From NCBI RefSeq assembly GCF_006345805.1, contig NC_043005.1, positions 55,552,001 to 55,616,000 of the forward strand: a stretch of 64,000 nt of DNA, written 5' to 3'. The notes under the pieces were generated by a model. The model did not search any database. It saw only the letters and a program-made list of their open reading frames with translations, and was not told where the DNA came from. Positions 53,499 through 64,000 of the stretch are shown in pieces. Position 1 is the first letter of the stretch. The number at the start of each line of letters is the position of its first letter. Made by a program: the position numbers and the translations under genes. This DNA comes from Octopus sinensis (Eukaryota).

Positions 53499-53540
<42 letters not shown>

Positions 53541-53851
53541 CTTCTAGTGGTATAGTGGTTAAGGTTCTGTTCTCATGATCAGAAGATCTTCGACAGGATG
53601 GTATTTTGTGTTCCGTATTCTTCAGCAAAACTCTTTATCTCATGTTTTTCTGTGATCACTTCTACATTGGCTATGTGGCACACTATGCAACTGCACAAGC
53701 AACACCAATTTGGTGACAAGAATGAGCTAATACACAGTATGCACAATTGATCTCTACAGACAAATCATCTGATCAGGCTGCTAAGCAATTAATTTCAGAA
53801 TCCTTGTCTATTTTCTACAACAGGAGCATCCACAATACACACACACACACA

Positions 53852-53884
<33 letters not shown>

Positions 53885-54519
53885 TCAAACACACACACAA
53901 TGCATATTGATGGATAGTTCTCTGCCAGTTTTGATGATGAAGATTATGTTCTTTGATCAAATTAATTACCTGCTCATTTATTTACCATGGAGGTGGTCTT
54001 AATGTGCTTTTCTGACAGAATCAGCAATGTGCAATATGACAGAATGGTGTAATATGACATCAATGTACCTATTGAATTACAGGTGTCAATCTATCCAATG
54101 TTCTTCATAGAAGTTATCTCCCACTCTGTTGAGAGCAGACATGCAAGAAATTTGAAAGTTTGAAAAATATATCGTCAGTTTAGTATACTGAAAGGAGGTG
54201 TTCCCCTGTCATACTTGAGAATGCAATTATCTTCTTTACACCATCTTTTAGTTTTGCATGCACGCACACACAAACGACCTGCATGTATACACACATGCAC
54301 GCACACACATACACTTGCCTACATACTAATGGGGTGGTAAGAGAAAGCAAGGAAGTAGGAGAGAGGAGGAGACAGAAAGAACAAGAGAATGAGAAAAAGA
54401 AAAAAAGAAAATTTGGAAAGTACCCAAAATTTTGGAAGGGTCCAGGGAAATAGTTTTTTGGAAGAAGACCCAGATAAAAACATGGAAATGGAAGTACTAA
54501 AATTACATAAAAAATATAA

Positions 54520-55760
54520 AAGTAGATGATTAAACCTCTGGATGAAATGGGCCTCTGGGGGTGGATGCAGTGGGATGTCCAATATCTACATATGACTTTG
54601 CTTTTATGCATGCAGACTGGTAGATCTCTATCTTCACATCTTCACATTAAGATGTAAAACTGTTTTCTGCAGGTCCTTTAGAATTATGCTTTTCTCTGCT
54701 ACGAAGAGCTTGCATCTTTTGGTAGCATCCATGTATGATTACTCTGGATTTTTTGTTGAATATCCATATGATATCGAATGCTGTGCAACTTTCTTTTAAC
54801 TACTAAGCATAGCTTTTGAATTTTTCTGTATTCCATTTTTCAATGTCTCTGAATAAGGTGATGTGGTTGTGAAATCTCCAGTTGAACAATCCTTTGGTAT
54901 GTTTAATATATTGTTTCAGGTTAACACTCTGGTGAGCATTTGTAGATTTGATGTCTGTGAATATGCTATGGATTTTCTGCATGAATATTCAGTCTCAATT
55001 GCAGGAGAGAATTTATGTGATATAATTTGTTTCATGTTAATGGTGCAGTTATAAGTTATTGTAACTGTGTATCTATTGAAACACTTTCTGTATTTACATA
55101 CTTGTGAAAAATACCTATTTATTGAATTTAAGGTCTTACTTTCACAAGGGCTAACATTGAGTAAGGAGTGGAGGGCAAGTCATATGATCTCCTTTGATAC
55201 CTTAATTAGGATCGTTGTCTTTGATATTTGACCAATCTATGAATCTTTTTCTCTGTCTTTGTTTAGATGTACCATGATTTCAAAGCTCAACCTGTTCCTC
55301 AAGACAACCAATTTCCCAAGACATGTCTTGTAGATTTTTTCATGAACCATGAATATTTTAGCATACTAAAGTATCTCTAGTTAAGTATCTCTAGTTAAGG
55401 ACAAGGTTGGACATATATTTGTGTTATTGTCTAAGTTTCTTTCATGTTGAGGTATTGTTTTTACAATAAATCTTTGTTGTAGAGATATAGTTTTCCAATA
55501 AAACATCGTACCACTGATAATAATAACTGGGTAGTGTTTCTTAAGAATGCCCAAGCTGTAAGAACAAATAGTAACTTTTTTTTACTTCTAATGTAACTAT
55601 GAGAATAATAAAGCTTACACATTTCATGTTTATCTATTTGATGTGAATTTCTAAATTTCATTGGTTTATCATTCACATGCATATAGTTTGTCATAGAAAA
55701 GCGGGTTTATAATTTTTGTTTGTCTATGATATGTTATTAATGTTAGTTCATGATCAGATG
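54520..55760 (-). mobile_element. Decayed Penelope-like retroelement (RT thumb/linker and GIY-YIG endonuclease; Naiad/Chlamys-like motifs)
   Basis: FNRYTVTITYNCTINMKQIISHK; QYIKHTKGLFNWRFHNHITLFR; TKRCKLFVAEKSII; CMHKSK. Confidence 0.8.
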
Positions 55761-56268
55761 AAATAATTTATTCTAAAGCCAGTATGCATTTGATTAATAC
55801 AATATTTGTTGTGTCGAAAACAAGAAGTAAAAAAAAAACACACTGTAAAAGTTAGAGTGGAAAAGAAAAACAGGAAAGACAATACTGTTATGAATACAAA
55901 CAAAGGAATGATGTCTTCATGTTAGTCCAACTGCATGTAGCAAAAAAGATGAAGTAGCAAAGTGAAGCAATTAATCTACTTACAATAATTAAAGAGGCAG
56001 TTATATATAAATCATTCCTAAGAAGAATTTTTTCATGTTCTTGGAGCTTCTAAAGTCTTATGATGTCAAAAACATACAATTCTCGCTTGTAAGAAAAAAG
56101 TCTCTAATATGGATTGAGAAATTCAAATGATTGCTATGGTACAATGGTAGAATACTTGTCATGTATATATGAGATGTCGGTTTCAATCTTAATGAGCAGC
56201 CTGCAAATTTTTCAATTCTAAAGGAGTTTTAGCCCAGTGTTGATGTGCTATTATTTGTAACTTTATTA

Positions 56269-56483
56269 AAGTGGCAAGCTGGCAGAATCGTTAGCATGCT
56301 GAGTGAAATGCGTAGTGGTATTTTGTCTGCCACTACATTCTGAGTTCAAATTCCACCAAGGTCGACTTTGCCTTTTATCCTTTCGGGGTTGATAAATTAA
56401 GTACCAGTTGCGTACTGGGGTTGATGTAATGGATTTAATCCTTCCCCCCAAATTTTAGGCTTTGTGCTTCCAGCAGAAAGGAT
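56269..56483 (+). mobile_element. SINE family B
   Basis: Similarity to the other copies. Confidence 0.85.
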
Positions 56484-56722
56484 TATTTGTAGCTTTATTA
56501 GAATCATGATGTATTTATGTATGTTTGTGTATGTCTGCATGTGACTGAGTGTGTGTTTTTTCTGTCTTGGCATGCACACACTTATTGTAAAAAATAATAT
56601 ATGCATACATGCATATATACATATATAGTAAAAATTTGGATTCAAATGAATATGGTACATAAGTTGAGGCACCAGAATTTAGTATGTTATTATCAATACA
56701 GCTTCAAAATAAAGTGATTAAA

Positions 56723-56822
56723 ATCAAAATAAGCAACAAGGATATCCAGAGGTAATGCAGTACGATCATTTCATTACGATCATACTGCATTACCTCTGGA
56801 TATCCTTGTTGTGTATTTTGAT
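56723..56822. repeat. Near-perfect hairpin, ~45-bp arms, 10-nt loop
   Basis: CAACAAGGATATCCAGAGGTAATGCAGTA / TACTGCATTACCTCTGGATATCCTTGTTG. Confidence 0.9.
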
Positions 56823-56969
56823 ATATACATATATATATATATAGGGGAATATTGTAGTTCGCTTGAAGCATTGTGTATTGTTTGTAAAGAAAAAAATATT
56901 TTGAATGACACAACAATGCACTATAATACAAACAATGGACTATAATTACTGTTGTACTTTAATCATCCA

Positions 56970-57719
56970 GTGTTTCAATACGAAAAGTGTTCTTCCATCA
57001 GGATAATGCTTGGCTACATACAACAAGGATGGCATTCCAAAGGCTGGAGCAGTTTGAATGGGAAATGATGCCCCACCTGAAAATTATTTTCAACCCCACC
57101 TGAACATTCACTGAACATTACCCCATCTGATTATCATTTATTCAGCAATCTTCAAAATCATTTGGACGGAAAATATATGAATTCTGTAATGAGGTCAGAA
57201 CAGTACTGGAGGAGTATTTTTCGTCACGGACAAGTGAATTTTGGAGGAGGGGCCTTGCAAGTTTACCAGACAGATGGAAGAACATTGTAGAAAATGAAGG
57301 AGAATATATTTTAGATTAAAAAGGAACTTTGTTTATCATCATCATTTAATGCCCATTGTCCATGGTTGGATGGTTTGACTGAACTGGCATGCTGGAAGGC
57401 AGTGTCAGGATCCAGTTTGATTTGGCAATGTTTTCTATGGCTGGATGCTCTTCCAAATGCCAACCACTCTAAGAGTATAATGGGTGCTTTTACATGCTAC
57501 CGGCATGGGTGCCATTTGTGTGACACTGGTATCTGTCATGACTGTGATTTTGCTCACCTTGATGGGTCTTTTTGTCAAACGTAACATAATGCCAAAGGTG
57601 TTGGTCATCGTCTCTGTGAGGCCCAACACTTGAAAGGAGCTTGGCCACTTTGCTTCGATCTTAATTTTGAAAAATAAAAGAATTATAAAAACACCACATT
57701 ATTTATGGGATGACCCAAT
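56970..57719 (+). mobile_element. Mariner (DD34D-type) transposase C-terminal remnant and right end
   Basis: FFHQDNAWLH..FEWEMMPH..PSDYHLFSNLQNHLDGK..FWRRGLASLPDRWKNIVENEGEYILD*; end TTTATGGGATGACCCAAT. Confidence 0.9.
57335..57660 (-). mobile_element. RTE 3' fragment nested in the mariner
   Basis: (ATC)n tail, GCTGGATGCTCTTCC motif; ATC at both junctions. Confidence 0.8.
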
Positions 57720-57727
57720 GCATATAT

Positions 57728-57778
<51 letters not shown>

Positions 57779-57932
57779 ATATTTGTCAAAATGAAATAAT
57801 GTAAGTTTATGTGTGACCAGGAAGTTTGAGGTTTGAATTTTCATGCAAGGCTCTTCTTTTAAGAAATATGAATATACTTACAGACATATAGACACATATG
57901 CATGTGTGCTTGTGTGTGTGTGTATGTCATTA

Positions 57933-58161
57933 CAGTTATATCTTGCCTATCGCAGCTGTTACATTCCAAGATCCCCACAATAGGTGAAAATCTGTGAAGT
58001 AGAAACAGTACAGTATATTTTTTAATTAATTTTATAATTTGTATATATTTATTTTATTACAAATTCAAAACAGCACCATGGAGGAATCAATGAAAGCTTA
58101 AATAATAAACCATGATAGGTGAACCATGACAGATGACCTATGATATGGTGAGGGATTGCTG
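57933..58161. mobile_element. Tigger/pogo-like MITE
   Basis: TA|CAGTTATATCTTGCCTATCGC ... GATATGGTGAGGGATTGCTG|TA. Confidence 0.6.
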
Positions 58162-58169
58162 TATTTAGT

Positions 58170-58672
58170 TTCATTTCAAAATTTCTTGCCAATAGAGAAA
58201 GAGCTGGTTTCTAACCTAGATTCAAGGCTCCTTCATTGGAATTTCAACAACAGGGTACTTTTGTATATATGTATGTGTACCTGCAAATTTGTCTGCTTTG
58301 TTTTATGAATGTCATTTCACGCATATACTTGCATATCTAAACATGCTCTTGTATACTCAAATGATAAACTTCTGGAAAGTTTTACAGATTTTTACAGTTC
58401 CAATGATGGCTTGGATCTGTAGTCTTCAAATCAGCTTTCTCTTTTCTGGTTTTGAGAAGCCTAATTTCTCAAGAGTGGTATTTAGGCAATGTGTTACACA
58501 TCCTAATAATTACACATCCCCAATAATTACAGGTATAAACCTGAACTTGTAATCTGGATAGAGTAACTGCAGATTTCTCAATAGCTCAGCATAGGTATTC
58601 TCTTTTTTGCTGATCTTCAGTATTATGTTAACATCCGCTGAGCAGCTGATTTCCACAACTGTACTCAATTTC
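58170..58672 (-). mobile_element. RLE-type non-LTR element C-terminus and 3' UTR
   Basis: TVVEISCSADVNIILKISKKENTYAELLRNLQLLYPDYKFRFIPVIIG...LQIQAIIGTVKICKTFQKFII* (stop 58357-58359). Confidence 0.8.
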
Positions 58673-58681
58673 ATGTATGTA

Positions 58682-58712
<31 letters not shown>

Positions 58713-59281
58713 ATGAATATATGTATGTATGTATGCATATATGTGCATGTATTTATGTATGTATGTATAGTGTAAATCAGGTAAAAGCTTCATAATGTGC
58801 ATTATAAGAGCACTTATATTGTTATTTTTGGCTACCACAGCAACTTAACGCTGCTGTGTGGTGCAGGAATAAATGTGGTCTATATTAAAGCCTGATATCG
58901 TCCAACCTCATGTTACACACACACACAAACACATTACATATTTCTCTTCATTTCTTAAAAGGACCTTGCTTGAAAATTCTGACCTCACCCATGCACATCA
59001 CACATGAATTTAACATTATCCTTTTTTGACAAATTTTAGCAAAGACTTTTTGCAGAGTCAGATCATCACCAGTTCACATCTTTCTTTCTTTTTTCACTAC
59101 ATTATGCATGCATGCATGTATACATACACAAGTATACATACATACATATTTACTTCAACATTTCTTGCCAACAGAGAAAGAGCTGGTTATATGTATGTAT
59201 TTATATATATGTTTGTATGTAATAAATATATATATATAGACATATATATATGTATATACACACATAAATATGTATATATAT

Positions 59282-59328
<47 letters not shown>

Positions 59329-59470
59329 CATATATATATGCACACATACACACATGTATATAGTTTTCATTTACTCTAAGCCATTAACTTATAATAGTTT
59401 ATAACTCTTTTCGTCTCTTTCCCTTTCTCCCACTCATATTCCTCCATCTTTGCAGGTATGTGTGTGTATT

Positions 59471-59503
<33 letters not shown>

Positions 59504-59749
59504 GCACATATATGTATATATATGTATATGTCTATATATCTATATATATATATACACATATATATATATATATACATACATATATGTATACATACACACA
59601 CGCACACACACACTCACACACATATATATATATACATGCACACATAATTACATACATACATATGCACAAACAAATATACATACATGTATATATATATACC
59701 TATCAGTATATATGTCCATGCACACATATATTATATACAGATATATATT

Positions 59750-59999
59750 CAAGTAATGATAATAATAATAATAATAATAATAACAACAACAAGAACAACA
59801 ATAATAGTAATAATAATGTTGTTGTTATTGTTCATGTTATTTTCTTTTTTGTAATAGGAATTGCTTCCAGACATCTTAACACAGACAGTGGTGCTATTTA
59901 GTGCTTGCTTCCTTGTTTGTTTGTTTTGTTTTCCTCTATTTTTTTATTAGTTATTTATATATTCTTTTGTTATTATTATTATTGTTATTATTATTATTA

Positions 60000-60041
<42 letters not shown>

Positions 60042-60695
60042 CATTATTATTATCATTGTTGTTGTTGTTGTTATTATCATCATCATACTGCTTGTCTTTT
60101 TCTTTCTTAGTTTCTGTCTTTGTTTTGTTTTTTTTTCTTTTCATCTTTGTTTTTAGTTTCTTTTTTTATATTTATTTATTTCACTTATCAAGCAGAGCAA
60201 ATCAATTTTTATATATATGTATGTATATGTATATATATATTTTTCAATGTATGAGTCATTTAAAAAACAAAAAAATTGGAATTAAAAAAAAAATCATCTA
60301 AACAAACTGCATTGACCTATAACTCAACAACAACAACAACAATAACAACAACAGCAACTATAGCATCAACAGCAACAGCTGCTACTGCTGCTGTTGTGGC
60401 TGCAACACAATGTTGCCACCACCGCTGCTACCAACACCACCACCACCAACAACAACAACAACAGCAACAGCAATAACAGCATCGATGCCACCACCATAAC
60501 CACTGCCATAACCAATGCAACTCATGGTGCTTCTAGTGCAGCAAATGGTGCTAAGTTAGGTTGCTATGCAAGGGTAAATAAACAAATATTTAATTAAATA
60601 ATTAAATAGACAAACAAACAACAAATAATTAAGCGGTAACAACAAAAACAACAACAATAATGATTATAATGATAATAATGATTACGATAATGATA

Positions 60696-60748
<53 letters not shown>

Positions 60749-60965
60749 AGTAGTAATAATAATGATGATGTTGATTATGGTGATGACAACGATGATCACG
60801 ATCATGATGAGGATGATGAGATGGTGATGATGATGGTGTTGATGACAACAATGCCGATGGCGACGATGACGATGATGGCGATAATGATAATGACAACGAC
60901 GACGATGACAACAACAATGATGATGATGATGTTGATGATGATTATGATAGCAGTAATTATGACAA
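59750..60965. repeat. (TAA)/(CAA)/(GAT) trinucleotide tracts
   Basis: Direct inspection. Confidence 0.9.
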
Positions 60966-61427
60966 TAAACTACAAACTAATTTTTTTGAAATTATTCCAG
61001 TCGTAAAACAAGAAGCTTATTTGCAACCCAATCTTTTTGGCAAGCAGCGTTACAAATATACGCATTAAATAAACAAATAAAAATATTAGCCTAGGTAATG
61101 TAACATTTGTCTGGCAGAGGAGGAGGAAGAGGGGGAGGAGGAGGCGGCTGCAGTGGTGGTTTTGGTAAGAAAGCAGAAAGTGTGTGGGGGAGAGAGAGAG
61201 AGAGAGAGAAGTGTGAAAGGAGGAGTAGGTTAACAGGTGCAACTCTGCACTGAGATATTTGCATATGCCGTTTGCATTCATACAGAGAAAGACACATGCA
61301 TCTTAAGCATACAGTGTGTTGCAACTAATACATGCATGCAGGCATACATGCATGTACATGCACATACACATGGACAGATGAGAAATGCATTCATATGCAT
61401 TATATATAAACATGCAAGCATAAAAAG

Positions 61428-61465
<38 letters not shown>

Positions 61466-61522
61466 TACTCACAGAGAAATGTACATATGTATAAATATAC
61501 ATATAACATTCATAAACATATA

Positions 61523-61561
<39 letters not shown>

Positions 61562-61778
61562 ATTGTTATACTTCAGGATGGTCATATATTTATTATCATT
61601 GTTTTTTTGCCAAATAAACACACGCACTATATTTTTTTTCTTCACTCAGTTATTACTGTTATTCTATTATTTTTATTATTTTGATGCCTGTCCATTGTCA
61701 GGAAATCTTTCATCACACATATGTGACCTCTTCAGCAACACTTCGCTTTTGTGTGTACTCTTGTTACTCCACTCACTC

Positions 61779-61809
<31 letters not shown>

Positions 61810-61821
61810 TATATATAAAGT

Positions 61822-62153
61822 TTAGGGTATCTACGAGATACCACCATGCTGAAAATAGCAGCCAAGATCTGACTCTAAAACCACATTAAATGTTGATACA
61901 GCACAACAAGAGAAGACAAAAAGACAAAATAAAACTAGTAAAAAATTACTGTTTTTATTTTGTCTTTTTGTCTTCTCTCCTTGTGCTTTATGAACATTTA
62001 ATGGGGTTTTAGAGTCAGATCTTGGCTGCTATTTTCAGCATGGTGGTATCTCATAGATACCCTAATTTATGATTTTAATAATAATTATTGAAAGTTTTTA
62101 TTTCCATACTGGCCACTTAATAAGATCATTATTTAATTTAAATTAACGATCTT
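61822..62153. repeat. Foldback element, ~120-bp arms plus second small hairpin, between (TA)n tracts
   Basis: 61822-61942 vs 61946-62065 differ at about eight positions; TAAGATC...GATCTTA at ~62121-62154. Confidence 0.9.
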
Positions 62154-62179
62154 ATCCTTATTTATATATATATATATAT

Positions 62180-62592
62180 ACATGAGTGGCTGTGTGGTAA
62201 GAAGCTTGCTTCCCAACCACATGGTTCCAGGTTCAGTTCCACAGCAAAGCACCTTAGACAAGTGTCTTCTACTACAGCCTCAGGCCAACCAAAACCTCGT
62301 GTGTGGATTTGGTTGACAGAAACTGAAAGAAGCCTGCCATGTATATATATGAATATATATGTATGTAGGTATATGTATATGTTTGCGTGTCTGTGTTTGT
62401 TCACCCCCACCGTCACTCAACAAACGATGTTGGTGTGTTTACATCCCCATAACTTAGTGGTTCAGCAATAGGGACCAATAGAATAAGTACTAAGCTTACA
62501 AAGAATAAATCCTGGGGTTGATTTCTTTGACTAAAGGCAGTGCTCCACCATGGCCACAGTCAAATAACTGAAACAAGTAAAAGAATAAAAGA
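62180..62592 (+). mobile_element. SINE family A (full length)
   Basis: Head, internal TA tract and tail all present. Confidence 0.85.
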
Positions 62593-62596
62593 ATGC

Positions 62597-62648
<52 letters not shown>

Positions 62649-63626
62649 ATGTGTATGTATATATGTATATATGTATATTTATATATACCTACAAGAAACA
62701 CATACACATACACACCCTGTTCAAGTAGTATAGACACCAACACACACTCTCATATACACACAAAAAAGAAATACATTTAAACAAATATACAGCATAACAC
62801 ACACACACAAATATAACGTACTATACACATGTAAACAAACCACCATGTTAAACAACTACGCAAAAACATACTCATAGACAAAGGCACATACACATGCATG
62901 TGCTCACACACACATACACACACAACACATACATACACATGCAGGCACTCCCCACCACCACATACACATATACATACACACACATGTACGTACACACGCA
63001 CACACATACACACATACATGTACACACAAGTACATATATTTATATGCACACATACACACACGCATGTACACACAAGTAAACATACATACAAACACACAAA
63101 CGCACACATACACACACACACACACACTCATGTACATACATGCAAAATATAGACTACACCAAAACATATTAATACACATGAACACAAATGCAGATATATA
63201 CACACACACACACACTTAGACATACACACACACACACATACACACACATACATATACACGCGCACACACTCATATACATATATGCAAAACATAGACTATA
63301 GATACACATAAACACAAATGCATATAGATACACACATACACACACACACCTACACCACACACAAACACAAGGAATAGACACACATAAACACACACACACA
63401 CACACAGAATAAACCAGCTAGAGGATAGTAAGTACATTCAGTAGTGTAAGACTAATTGATTTTTTTCAAGACTAAATGAACAAATTAGTAAGTTCTTCCT
63501 GCGTTTACACTGTTCTATTGTTATTGTCTCTATGGTCTACCATAGTTTGTATTACCTTATCAAACTTAAACAAACTTGTGTGTGTGCATGTGCACATGTA
63601 TGTGCGTTTGTGTGTGTTTGTGTGTT

Positions 63627-63852
63627 GTGAGAAGCTTGCTTCCATACCACATGACTCCGGATTCAGTCCCACTGCATGGCACCTGGGGCAAGTGTTTTGT
63701 ACTATTGTCTTGGGCCAACCAAAGTCTTGTGAGAGCGTTCGATAGACTGAAACTAGAAGAAGCCCATCATATATATATATATATATATATGTATGTATAT
63801 AACTATGTGTATGTTGTTGTGTCTATATTGTGCCCCCATCACTGCTTGACAA
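63627..63852 (+). mobile_element. SINE family A fragment
   Basis: GAAGCTTGCTTCC..CAGTCCCACTGCATGGCACC. Confidence 0.75.
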
Positions 63853-64000
63853 AATCAAAATTTTAATACAAGTTGCAGGGTCTCACATATGTCATGTAGA
63901 CAGTTGATAAACTTTGATTAACTGAGATTGTCTCTGGAATTAGTTGATAAAAACTATATCTGTATCTCATTAGCATTTATAATAATATAATAATAATAAT

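Overview
Eukaryotic, AT-rich, microsatellite-saturated non-coding DNA. The SINE and microsatellite content points to an octopod cephalopod (Octopus sp.); this is inference from repeat families I recognise and is not verified. I find no intact protein-coding gene, and nearly all ORFs in the supplied track are translations of simple repeats. Supported features are decayed or 5'-truncated retroelements (RTE, CR1-like, R4/Dong-like and another RLE-type, Tx1/L1-clade, Penelope-like GIY-YIG), Tc1/mariner remnants and MITEs, dozens of tRNA-derived SINE copies, hammerhead-ribozyme motifs and long foldback hairpins in (TA)n tracts. The most interesting signals are: (1) a ~550-nt structured non-coding element whose extreme 5' end mimics a flavivirus xrRNA fold (31762-31818); (2) a young Tx1-clade LINE inside a (GATA)n tract, carrying a micro-inversion through its zinc knuckle; (3) tandem compact H-type pseudoknots in an RTE 3' UTR; (4) a tRNA-headed SINE carrying a hammerhead; (5) an apparent one-family-per-microsatellite insertion pattern. 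Coordinates were read by eye and repeat boundaries are approximate.
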